Below are positions 11,781-24,939 of a stretch of DNA of 64,000 nucleotides, piece by piece. This DNA is from Lama glama (lineage: Eukaryota), in contig CM052818.1 of assembly GCA_028534125.1 (NCBI GenBank), positions 746,001 through 810,000 of the forward strand. The letters run 5' to 3'. Numbering within the stretch: position 1 is the stretch's first letter; each line of letters opens with the position of its first letter. A program made the position numbers and the translations under genes. Under the pieces are notes generated by a model that saw only the letters and a program-made list of their open reading frames with translations, did no database searches and had not been told where the DNA came from.

Positions 11781-14700
11781 TGTGTTTACTTGTATGTATG
11801 AAAACTGAAATACATGTGGATTATAAAGCCTTGTTTTGAGAAAAAAAATCTTCTCATGCTCTATGGTCTTATAGCTCCTGTTACTGAATCAGGGATATGA
11901 GAACAATGGAAGGTGACCAACAGTGTCATTTTCATGCAACAATGGACAGTCCTAACAAAAATGTGGGTGGTGGATATTACAGGTATGGTGTAGCACTACA
12001 CACACACTGTGGCTAGAGCCAAGTGCAAACTGTCAGAATCATGCAATCATGCCATGCTGACTTCCACACTCACAATAATCGCAATGCACAGGCCTGCATC
12101 GTGTCTGACAATTTGTGCTGATGACCCACCACAGGATAGAATATCATTTTTGCTGAATTCACTTACTGATGCTCTCAGTAAACAATCCACAACAATCCAC
12201 TTTCCTTAGTCCATGGGAGAGTCTCAGGCATCTCCTCTAATGACCTCAACAACCCTCAGGGCCTGGGTGTGGATCAGCCCACTCAGTTCTCTGCCATGGA
12301 GCCTACACATAAAAATGTAGGTGACTACAAGTCAACTGACATTATCGGCTACCATGGTTTAAGCTTTCTGTTGCAGAGAGTCTTGAAAGGACACACGTGC
12401 TGGCGGGCTTCTTCCATTTCAATTTCTGTTACGGCGAGAGTGAACTCACCTGCTCATGCCATGTTACACCCTGGTTAAAGGAAGTCACAGCCACCATCTG
12501 AGAGATATTTCAGGCTTTCTGTAGTACTTTTTAGGTTAATTAAAATCTAAGTGCGACTTACTTCCATATTCACTGGTCAGACACACCATCAGATAGACCC
12601 AGGGGGAAAAAAAACTTTTTTGGTGGAAACTGAGCTTAGGAAAGCACACTAAATATAGGGGAAAAGCCATATTGTCTTATATGACCCTACATGCTTATTC
12701 TTCATCTTTGAAGATTGTTATTGCTGACCTGCTGGCCAGGTTCCTGCTTGGAGACACTTTTCTATCAGAAAAATGGGTTTATGCTAATTCATGTATAACT
12801 ACTCAAGTAGAGGACCAGAGATACATATTGATAAGACAAAGTCAAAATCAGAAATACAGTTGATGGCACCAAAAGACAGTCTTTTCTTCTGAAACGTTTT
12901 TAGGTATGTGCAGATCAAACTGGCAACTCTAGTTTCAATACCAAAACTTACTAACCAGTAAAGGGTGACATAATTGAAAAGTGTCTGCCTCCAAAATAAT
13001 GTTTTGACATAGATTAAATTTTGAGAGAAAAGGTTAAACTTACAGAAGTAGGAACTCAGGTGTTAACTGTCATCATTTAGAAAACCAGAACTGGTCATGC
13101 AGTTCTGCGAGTAAGGTAGCTAACTATAAAAAAATCCCTCCCCCACACTGAAAATGCATTGCACCTGCATAATAGGTCTTCAGAAAATTTCTTTTGGTAC
13201 ACGAATGAGTAAAGACTGAAGAGATGGAATGATTCTGGATAATCCCCGAACTCAAATTACAGGCGACAAGACTGTATGTTTAAAATGTAATGGAAATACT
13301 GGTCATTAAAATTGAGCTCAAGGAACTCTAACAGGATAGTAAGGTTTCCCAGATAATGGCTGGGTCTGGGGTAGAAAAGAAACAACATCAAGAGCTAAAG
13401 TCCTCAACTAATATATGGGAAAAACCAGAAGGTTAGCAAATGATCATTAAAGTCTTGTAGACAGTGGTAGAGCCAGATGACGAGTCTCAAAGGATTTTCC
13501 ATCAGGTTTGAAAATTATAGTCTGGAAGTGGCCCTCTTTTTAAAATTTTCCTTCTCTCCATTCTTCCCCTCGGCTTTAATATTCCTAAAACCTTTATTAC
13601 GCTCATGACTTAGTCATGAGGTTATATGTATCTATGTTTCTTAGATATTTTCACTTGGATGTTCTGGCCTAACTTCAAGTTTAATAAATAAAACTCCTTC
13701 ATATTTTAGCCAGAATTTGTTTCCTCTTTCGATCTCTCCATTTCGATAAGGTGTTCACAAACTATTTTAGATGTTTTAGGTAGTAATTTGAAAAGAACCG
13801 TGGCTATTAATTACCAAGTCTAATTGACCAGAGCCCAGCTTAACAAAACATTAGATTCTTCTCATAAACTTATTAATATCACTTTCTTATTTAAAAATCT
13901 TTACTGACAATTAGCCAACCATTTGGAAATAAAATTATACCTACACAAAGAAAATAAATTCATTATGGATTAAGGGTTTAAGTGCATTGTCCTCTACCCT
14001 AAATAAATATTAAAAGGAAAACAGGAGAATTTTGTTTTATAATCTTGAGGTCAGGGAGATCTTTCTTAGCATGGAATAAAGAAAGAAAAAAGTTGTGTAC
14101 ACAATAATAATATTACACTATCAATACAATTAATGCTCAAGAATTAATAAGAAAAAAATCTTCAGAGAAAAATGGACAAAGGATATACAAGAAACCAATT
14201 CTCAAAATAAGACATAAATAGCAATCCTTGAAATCTAATATTATGCAATTTAAAGCAATGAGTGTTTCCACACAACAGATTAGCAAATATTAAAAAGACT
14301 GATACCACACATAGTTGGCAAGGGAATGAAGAAACACATTCTCTTGTACTTTTGGTGGGCACATATATTTGTGCAAAATTTCTGGAGGGCACATAGTTAC
14401 GGGTGGGGAATCTATAGATTTCTGACAGTCCTTAAAGTTTCTATTGTTAATGATCTACTTAGGATTTAAAACTTTCTGGTCAAATTTCTTAATTTATAGT
14501 TTCCTAGAAAATGATCCATCTAATTTAGGTTTTAAAGTGTATCAGCCTAAGGCTGCACGCTGTGATCATCTTGAAGAAAAAATCACTTCTTTGACTGTGG
14601 TTATGCCCTTCCATACCACTAATGCTGATCCTTTTTCCCATGGTCAGAATAAGCAGAGATTTGATCTTTTTTTTTTTTTTAAGAAACAGATCCTGGTTAT

Positions 14701-16632
14701 GTTGATCAATTTTGGAGAGTAATTTATAGAGTACTTTATTTCCTAATTGAGATTGTTCAACTAAAGTATCATTTAATTGAAGGCTATATGTTTTCCTCTA
14801 AATATAGATTTAGACACAGCCCGTAAGTTGTGGGTATGTGCTCTTACTGTCTTTAATGAAAAGGAAAAGTCTGTAACTTCAATTTTTAGTTCTCCTACAG
14901 CCCAAAAGTTTAGAATGTTTTAAAATGTTTATTGCGTGAAAGAAAATTACAGTTGGTAAATTCCAAATTGTACTGTATTGTGATTAGAAAATATAAGCTT
15001 AGTTATAAATCTACTTTGGGGATTTATCAATATTTTGCCTAAATATACAGTTAATTTTTATAAATATTCCACAGGCGTTTGGAACAACTGTGGATGCTGT
15101 GTTTTGGGAATAAAGCATTATATAGATATTTTAAATTAAGCTTATTAATAGTGCTATTAAAATCTTCCATATCTTTTTTTATCTGTTCTATGTCAGAATC
15201 TGATAAAGGCAATTAAAGTATACCATTCTTGTACTTTGGTCACATTCTATATTATAATTATGTCTGGATGAACATATGAATGCATTCCAGTTGAAAGCAC
15301 AGCAGTAACTTTAAAAATCTTTACAGGAGCTTTCATACACTGCAGGTAAGAATGTAGCAATCAGAAACTAATTTGTACTAATGTAGAAAATTAAGTATAC
15401 ATAGAGCACATGATCCAAGAGTTCCAATTCTGGGTATATGTGCCAAAGATAAGTCTCACACAGGTCCGTAAGGTGTCATGAACAAGGATGCGCACTGTTG
15501 GTGTGTTGCGTGTTGGGAACTGACAGCAACCTGGGTGTCCATTACAGGGAAAGTGTGCAGGTAAATCGGTAGAGGCACTCAGTGGAGTACTACACAACGA
15601 TCAGAAATCTGAATTAGACGTATGTATACCAGTGTAGATGAATATTAAAAACACAATGCTTAATGAAAATAAGATAAATGATGTACCTTCTATATAATCT
15701 GATAACACATGGACAAATACAGAATACATATTTTGTAAGAACTCTTGTGAGTCAAAAGATCTACATAACAAGGCTAATTACATGTGGGAAGATGGGGATG
15801 AGGATGGGATATGGGATCAAAATTTTTAAGAGAGGCCAAGAACCTAGGACTACATTTAGCTCAACCCTTGGCATCTGAAGTTAAAAGAAAATTTTACTTC
15901 ATCTTGGCATAGAAACTGTGTATAGTGCATTTCTAATTCTGTTCTTTCACTCTGCTTCTAGAAGGATTTCGTACAACTAGACTGGAGGTTCAAACTTATA
16001 CCTTAGGCAGAAACTAGAATACAATGAAAAGCTTGAGAATTATCTTTTCCAGCTTACAACTAGCATTTTGTGTGTGTTTGATCAGTCTGGCTGAGGTCAC
16101 TTTTTAATAATGTTGCAAAAAACAACTTTTATGGTTTCTTACTAGAAAATATAAGAACAAAAAAGTATAAAGGTAAAATGTATGATCCCATAATTTTAAG
16201 ATAATCTGCTAATATTTAATTTTGCTCCAGTCATATAAACACATGTATATATTATAGCTTGCTTTTTATCTCTTAACATACAACGAAACTTATCCTTGGG
16301 TTCAAAGATACTGCTTTTGACCAGTGTTTCTCTCCATATGTGTCACTGTAGAGAGTAAAATGAAATTAGCCTGTTTTATAAAAATGTAAGAATCACTGGT
16401 AAACACTTACACTTCAACATTACTAAAGCTCTCATTTATTTTACTCCCTCATGGAGGACTCCTTGGTAGTTATTTTGTGCTGTTCGTTTGCCCAACTGCT
16501 ATAAACATGAGCAACTGGAAATAATGAGAGATCAAAAATACAGAGAAATCATTCATCTTCAGCTTTTTCTCCATTTTTGTACTGATAGCAGTAAACTATT
16601 CCTCTTCCCTGACCCCAGTACACAATCAGACA

Positions 16633-16950
16633 CTGAGAAAAAAAGATTGGAAAGGGAGGGGGAAAGAAAAACAAGGAGAAAGAGCACAAGGACAAACAGC
16701 AAGAACACGAGAGAAAGAGAGGAGAGTGAGAAAAGTGAGAGACACAGCAGAGACAGGAAGACAGGAGACGGCAGGCGGTGGGGAGGAGGAGGGCGCGAGT
16801 GCACAGAACGTGGGTGCACAGAGGCAGCGGGAAAGCAGACAGTGCAGATACTGCAGGGAGAAGCATGAACTGTAGAGCCCAGGGCGAGACTGCACAGACA
16901 CAGAAAGAGTGAGTCAGAGAACGAGCAGGAGGACCAGGCAGGCAGCCGCA
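16633..16950. repeat. Purine (GA)-rich low-complexity tract grading into a GC/CpG-richer segment
   Basis: gagaaagagaggagagtgagaaaagtgagagacacagcagagacaggaagacaggagacggcaggcggtgggg... Confidence 0.75.
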
Positions 16951-19759
16951 GGTATTGTTACGTTGACTCTTAACCTCTCACATGTACAAAGAGGAAAAAA
17001 TATCCTGAGTACACATTTTCAGGAAAAAAAGGCATTAGCATATCTAAGGAAACCTGGGTTAAAGATAAGGCAGGCTGTTCAGAAAAGAAGAAATACATAT
17101 GGTTGATAAACACACAAAAGAAAATAAAAATTTCATGGGTGTGATTAAAGAAATGCGAATCAGAATACATACTATATTTCTTGCCTATTTGACTGTCAAA
17201 TATTGGCAGGGACTAACCAAAATATTACTACACATTACTGATGAACAAATACTTGAATCAACATTTTGGGAGGACAATTTAGTAATGTGGATTAAACGTT
17301 TTTAATGTGCATACTTGGTAAGCTACAAATTCCATGTTTAAAAGTGTATCTCAACAGGAAAATTCATAAAGATGTAGTAAGACTACCCAACAAAGGGCAG
17401 ATTATGATACAGAAAAATTCAAAACAACTTAAATATCTGTCATAAGGGAACTAACTAGATAAATACTACATTTATACAATGGAAGCCATTAAAGCTATTA
17501 AAAATGACTACATAAATCTTTATTGATAAAGAAAGATAACTATGACATATTAAGTGTAGAGCTTCAAAGCAATATACATAGATTGATATCATTTTCTTGG
17601 GACTGTTGTTTGTCTCCATATAGAAGCATGACTGTAAAGACTGATATAAAATCAGTCTGTTTTATAAAAATGTAAGAAACACTGGTAAACATTTAATTGA
17701 ACATTAATAAAGCTCTCATCTTATGCTCTTGTGGAAGTTTCTTCATTTGGCGTTTAGCTGCATTAGAACGCAGACCTAATAAAATAGATCCAAGATGTGG
17801 GTGAATCATAAAATGCAAACCTGGAAGCTTATTTATGAAAATATTAATCATGACTGTTTCAGGATGGTAGGAATTACGGGTGACTTTCAACACCTTAATA
17901 TTTTCTGTATTATCTAAACTCTTCATATTTAGTTATCTTTTTACTTTTACACTCAAAAGAAATAGACATCTTCTTGGACAAAATATTTGGTAATAAAGGT
18001 AAGCAGAAGCTGTCCTCACAGGTAAGTCCTCCACTCCACAGTCTATGATGAGGAAAAACATAAATATTGTTCTAGTTGAGAGGAAGGAGCTTACAGAAAA
18101 GGAAGACATCAAACATTAAAGGGAGAGGAGGAGAAAACACGGAGAAAACAGCTGAATGGATTTTAGAAAATATGACAGCACAAGGCAGGTTTAATGAACC
18201 TTTCCTTCCACAACGGAAAGACACAAACAAAAAGCTTCAAAAAGTGAAAAGAATATTCAGAATCTAGGGAAACAACTGAACTCATACCACAAAATTCCAG
18301 AAATAATGTCTAATGAACAACTGGGAATAAATGTAAGAAGCCACCACGAAGCTCTTCCTACATGAAGGAAGAGAAGGGTACAATACAGAAGGGTAAAAGG
18401 TGAGTCAGCTAAATTCAGAATACCCCACTGGTATCTCAGAAAAGGGACTTGAGGTAATAAGTGGCTCGAGAGGAAGAAAAATGTTCCCACTGGAGACACG
18501 TTCCCTGTGAAAAAAGAGCTCCTTCTACCTTAGCCAGAATGGTTTACTATATACCCACTCTGGCCAAGAAGAAGTTGGAAAAAGGTATGGGAAATAATCT
18601 CTCAAGTCTAAATATCCGACTTGCATTACTAAAAATTGCTAGAAAAAAATACAGCCTCAGCTACATCACTGCCCACAAAACAGCGACATGAAAGCAGCCA
18701 CCAGCTGACTGCACAGTAGTACAACAAAACCCTAAGGGCATGTGCTACAGAATGAGATACTTTCCTTACCTCCACACTTGGTAAGGTGGCCATCAGTTCA
18801 TCTGTTTCAAAACAACGGCAGAGAAAAGTGTCACTGCTATAGCTGTCCAGAGTCCTAGAATCAACTACTATCTCTCTGTCTCTCCCAAACTTTGAGGAGC
18901 GAAAGAGACACAGCCACATACAATTAGCCTTCAAGTCCATGTCCTGGGAAGGGCACTCAAGCAGTATCTTGTAAACAGGCAATAAGGCAATCAAAAAGAA
19001 TTCAATTACATTCCTTGTGGTCAAACAAATGGTTTCCACAGAACTGTTCAGAGACAAAGGTAATCAGAAAACAAAAGAGAAGGATTTGTGAAAATATTCT
19101 ATAGTATTAAAGTAGAAGAAAGGGAGGAAAAAAAGAAAGAAGGGAAAGAAAAGGAATTTATTTTGCTGGAAGGTTTACCCATTTTAGTCAATAAATAAGT
19201 TGTACTCTCACTCTAGAGAAAATTTAAAAAAAAGAACATGGACTTAATGAAATAGAGCCAAGATAAGCTAGGACATCAGAGGGAGAAGAAAAGGTAGTTA
19301 ACAAAATCAACACAATTCATTAAAAAAAAAATGAGTATCTACCATGTGTTAGAAAACCAAGGATGGGCATCAAAAAAAAAAAAAAAAAAACTCAGCACAA
19401 AAATTATAGCATTACATCACTGCAGAACTAATTTATGCAACAGAAAACAGAAATGTGATAAAAAATAGAGAAAACTTAGCCAGCAAAGTAGACTACAGAT
19501 TGAAAAAGTCTCCTGAAATGCAGAGAAAAAGATGCGAGAAATGAAAATAATTAGAATGCTAGAAGAGAAAGACATACAGTAGAGATCTAATGTTCAGATG
19601 AGTGGCACTGCCCACATCCCGCACTCCTAAGGCATAAAACAGGTTGAGAGGAAAGGGAAAAATGTTCCAGGGTACAATTCTAGAACTTTTTTTTTTGCTA
19701 AAATTAAAGCAAATTTGAATGTACAAGGGATATAGAGTTACTTGATACCAGAAAAAAAT

Positions 19760-22700
19760 TAATACCCAAAATATATGAAACAAAACTGATAGAAATGAAG
19801 GGAAAAACAGACAATTCAACAATAATAGTTGGAGACCGCAATATAACACTTTCAAAATAGCAGAGCAATAAGGAAGTAGAAGGCTTAAACACTACGAACC
19901 AATGAAATCCGAGAGACATATACAGAATACTCCAACCAACAACAGCAGAATACACATATGGAATGCTCTCCAGAGGCCCATATGCTAGGGCATAAAACAA
20001 GTCACGACACAATTATAAATAATACAAAGTATGCTCTCTGACTACAACGGAATGAAACTGGAATCAATAAGAAAATCTGGGAAATTAAAAAAAAAGGATA
20101 AAATATATATGGAAATTAAACAATACACTCTTAACGACCAATGGCCAACGAAGAAAGCACAAGGGAAATTAGAAAATACTTTGAGATAAATGAAAACGGA
20201 AACAGAACATAGCAAAACTTACGGGATGCAGTGAAGGCAGAGCTCACAGAAATGTGTACCTCTCAAAGTCCATAAGAAAAGAAGAAAGATTTCAAATTTG
20301 TAATCTCATCTTCTACCTTAAGAAACCAGAAGAAAAAAAGAGCAAATAAACCCAAAGCAAGTAAAACAAAGGAAATTATAAAAATCAGAATGAAAATAAT
20401 TGAAATAGAGAACGAAAAAGAAAAATCAAAGAAGCCAAGAGCTAGTTCTTTGAAAAGGCTAACAAAAATGGACAAATCTTTAGCCAGACTCACCAGGGGA
20501 AAAAAGAGGGAAAACTCAAATCATTTAAATTAAGAATGAATGAGGGGATGTTAGTACCAATCACACAGAGATGAAAATGATAATAAAGGAATATTATGAA
20601 CAATCACATGTCAACAAATTTAAGATAATCTAGATGTAACAGACACATTCCTAGAAAAAGAATTTAACCAAAACTGACTCTAGCAGAACAGAAAATCTAA
20701 ACAGACTTGTAATAAAGAGACTGGGTCAGTAATCAGAAAACCTCCTCAAAAGAAAAGCCCAGGACCAGGATTCACTGGTGAATTCTTAAAAACATTTAAA
20801 GAAGAATTAGCAACAATCATTCATAAACTCAAAAAAGAAAAAAAAGAAAAAACAAAAATAGAAGGATTACTTTCCAATTCATTCTATGAGGACAGTATTA
20901 CCCTGATAACAAAGGAAAAAGACACAATAAAACTACAGATCAATACCCCTTATGAATATAGAAGGAAAATCCTCAACAAAATACTAGCAAACTAAATCCA
21001 GCAGCACAGAAGGATTGTACACCAAAACCAAGAGGAATTTATCCCAAGAACGTAAGGTTGGTTCAACATACAAATATCAATCAATATAATACACCATATG
21101 AATAAATGAAGAAAATACATGATTAGTTCACTATACATAGAAAAAACATATGGCAAAATCCAAAACCCTTCCATGATAAAAAAAACACTCAACAAAATCA
21201 GAATAGAAGAGAACTTCTTCAACCTGATAAGGAGCATTTACTAAAACAAACAAACAAACAAACAAACAAAAAAACCCCACAGTTAACATCATGCTTAATG
21301 ACCAGAAAGCCTTCTCCCTAAAAATCAGGAACAAGACAAGGATATTGATTCTTGCTACTTCTATTTAATACAGTACTGGAGGTTCTATAGCAAGGGTAGT
21401 TAGGCAACAAAGAAATAAATGACTTAAGATTGGAAAAAAGAAGGAAAACTATCTCTATTTGCAGATAACACAATATTCTATATAGAAACCCTAAGGAACA
21501 CACAAACACATGTACACAAACACAAATTATTTGAGTTTATAAACCAGTTTAGCAAGCTTGCAGGATCCAAGATAAATTTAAAAAAAAAACCCCACAGTAT
21601 TCTTGTATACTATTTTTGTATACTAATAAGGAAAATCTCAAAATGAACTTAAGAAAACAATACTAGTTACAGTGGTATTAAAAAGAATAAATATTTAGGG
21701 ATACTTTTAACGAAAGAAGTGCCAAATTTCAAAGAAGCAAAAAATATGAACATCACTGAAAGAAATTAAAGATGATCTAAATAAACAGAAAGATATCCAG
21801 TGTTCATGGATTAGATTTAATATTGTTAAGATGGCAATACTCCCTAAACTTATCTACAGATTCAATGCAATCCCTAAGATTCAAGTTGTCTTTTCTTCTC
21901 TTTTGGTGAGGGAGAGGGCTGGAAACTGACAAGCTGATCTGAAAATTCCTATGGCTCAAGATAGCTAAAACAGTCTTGAAATAAGAAAAAACAAAGTTGG
22001 AGGTCTTACCCTAACTAGACAGTATGATACTGGCATAAAGAGAGACATATAGGTCAACAAAATAGGATTAAGAGTCCAGAAAAAAAAAAACCCTTACATT
22101 TATGATCAACTGCTTTTTGCCAAGGGCACCAAAACAACTTGACAGAGGAAACAATAGTCTGTGCAGCAAATGGTACTAAGACAACTGGACATCCACAGGC
22201 AAAAGAGTGAAACTATACTACCTCACATCACATACAAAAATTCACTCAATTGTGTGCGGTTGGTGAGATAGTAAAATGGTGCAGCTGCTGTGGAAAACAG
22301 TAGTATGATGGTTCCTCGAATAATTAAAAACATAAAAACATGATTCAGCCATTCCACTTCTGGATATGTACACCCCCAAAACTGAAAACTTAGTCTTGAA
22401 CAGATATTTGTACACTTAAGCTCACAGCATCATTCATAATGGTCTAAAGCTGGAAGCACGAGTGTCTATTGATGGGTAAATGAATTAGCAAAATGTGGTA
22501 TACACACATCTTAAAAAGGAAAACAATCCTGTCAGATGGTACAATATGGATGAGCCCTGAAGACATTATGCTAAGTGAAATACACTTGTTACTAAAAGAC
22601 TAATATATCAATAAAACTGGAAGAAAAATTAATATAATACATAGAATTTACAAGAGGAAATGGTTAAGATAATAAATTTTGTTGTGTGTATATTATCACA

Positions 22701-24490
22701 ATAAAAATTTAAAAATAATGAAGAGATTCAAATACTTAGGAATAAATTTAAGCAAGAAGGTATAAGACTGGTACCCTGCAAATTACAAAACATTGCTGGA
22801 AGAAATTAAAGACCTAAATAAATTGAAAGACTGTGTTCATGGACTGGAAGACAATATTGTTAAGATGGCAATAAACCCCAAAGCAAGCTACATATTAAAT
22901 GCAATTAATATCAAAATCTCAATGACGTTTTCAGTGGAAATGAAAAAGCTGATTCTAAAATTTATATAAAGACACAAGGGCCCTGATTGGCCAAAAGAGC
23001 CTCTTAAAAAAAACAAAGTTGGAAAACTTGTACTTCTCAATTTTAAAACTTACAAGGTTACAGTAATCAAAACAGTGCAGTAATGGCATATAGATAGGCA
23101 TGCAGATCAAAGGAACAGAATTGAGAGCCCAGAAATAAACCCTCATATCTATGTTCCACTGATTTTTGACAAGGATGCCAGGACCACTCAATGGGGAGAG
23201 AATAGTCTCTTCACTAACTGGTGTTGGGACAACTGGATATCCATGTGGAAAGGAATGATGTTTGACCCCATCACATACTATATACAAAAATGAACTCAAT
23301 ATACATCCAAGATGCAAATAAAAGAACTAGTAGTATAAAACTCTTGAAAGAAAATATAGGGACAAATCTTCATGGCTTTGGATTTTGGCAATGGTTTCTT
23401 AGATATGACACCAAAAGCACAAGCAACAAAAGAAAAAATAGATACACTGGGACTTCCTCAAAAGTGAACTGCTGTGCCTCAAAGAACAGCAGTGAGTGAA
23501 AAGACAACCCAGAAAGTGGGAGCAAATATTTGCAAATTACACATTTGATAAGGTTCCACAATCCAGAATATATAAAGAACTCTTAGAACTCAAAAACAAA
23601 AAGACAAATAAAATAATTAAAAAGTGGACAAAGACTTGAACAGACATTTCTCCAAAGATATAAAAATGCCCAATAAGCATATGAGGAGATGCTTAACATC
23701 ATCAATCATTAGAAAGGCAAAACCAACCACAATCAAAATGACAATGTGTGTGAGGTACCACTTTGTATCTATTAGGACGGCAAAAATAAATAAATAAATA
23801 AATATATACATACATACACTTTAAAAAGTGTTAGTGAACGTGGAGAAACTGGAACTCTCAGACATTGTTGGTGGGAATGTAAAATGGCGTAGCCACTGTG
23901 GAAGACAGTCTGGCAGTTCCTGAATATGCTTAAAATAAAATTACCATATGATCCAGTATTTCTATTCCTACGTATATACCCAAAAGAACTGTATGCAGGT
24001 GTTCAAATAAAAGCTTGTACACAAATGTTCCTATCAGCTCTATTCACAATAGCTGAAAGGTGGACACATTCCAAAAGGCCATGAATGGATGAATAAATTA
24101 AAAATGTAGTCTAAAATTATAATGGAATATTATTTAGCCATAAAAAGCAATGATGCTAGGACATGGATATATCTCAAAAATATTATTCTAGAGTGAAAGA
24201 AGCCTGACACAAAGGTTACACATTATATGATTCAACTTATACGAAATAACTAGAATAGGCAAGTTCACAGAGGCAGAAAGAAGACTAGCAGGTGTCAGAG
24301 GCTGGTAGGAAGGGGGAATAGAGAGTGACTACTTAATGGGTATGAGGTTTCCACTGGGGTGATAAAGAAGTTCTGGGACTAGACAGTGGTGATAGTTATA
24401 AAGCAGTGTGAATATACTTCGTGCCACTGAATTGTACACTTTCAAATGACAAAACTATAAACTTTATGTTATGTGTATATATTTTGCCAC
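19760..24490 (+). mobile_element. Cluster of decayed L1 ORF2 and 3'UTR segments (at least 2-3 elements)
   Basis: ORF2 motifs (agcccaggaccaggattcactggtgaattc, aaatcctcaacaaaatactagcaaac, ctatttgcagataac). A separate 3'UTR lies at about 22260-22720, and ORF2 restarts near 22720. Frameshifted throughout. Confidence 0.9.
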
Positions 24491-24854
24491 ACACCCCGAA
24501 AAACTCTCTATCTGCATCCTTCCCCCCATCTCCTCTATGGAACAAAAAGCCTCAATCTGTGTCATTCTCAAGTCTTCATTTACTTTTAAAAAAAATTCAT
24601 ACTGTCCTATATATATATTTAATCACTGTCACTTAATACCTACCAAAAACTCAATTATGAGAAATAATACCAGTGCAAGTTGTCTGCATGTCTTGTGCCT
24701 CCTTTCCTCTAGATTAGTGGTCTCCAAATTGTCTCGATCATGGGGTCCTACTGCTAAAATATTTTTGAGCCCAAATTATCAAAATAGATATTTAATTATA
24801 AGTTACATATTACTGCTATACTCATAGATTGTAAAACACATACAAAAGTATAGT

Positions 24855-24939
24855 GGGGAGGGTAAAGCTCAGTGGTAGAGTGCATGCTTAGCATGTGTGA
24901 GGTCCTGAGTTCAATCCCCAGTATCTCCACTGAAAAAAA
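24855..24939 (+). mobile_element. vic-1-like camelid tRNA-derived SINE
   Basis: ggggagggtaaagctcagtggtagagtgcatgcttagcatgtgtgaggtcctgagttcaatccccagtatctcca with A/B boxes and an A tail. Confidence 0.85.

Noticed and set aside
16488..16901. Several overlapping ORFs on both strands
   Set aside because: Artefact of the GA-rich low-complexity tract, which lacks stop codons.
17990..18030. Two consensus donors on the + strand (AAG|gtaagc, CAG|gtaagt)
   Set aside because: No supporting acceptor, ORF or promoter. Such motifs occur by chance, so an antisense exon cannot be supported.
24855..24930. tRNA-Ala-like sequence (also the other five copies)
   Set aside because: A-rich tails, TSDs and degenerate stems indicate SINEs, not tRNA genes.
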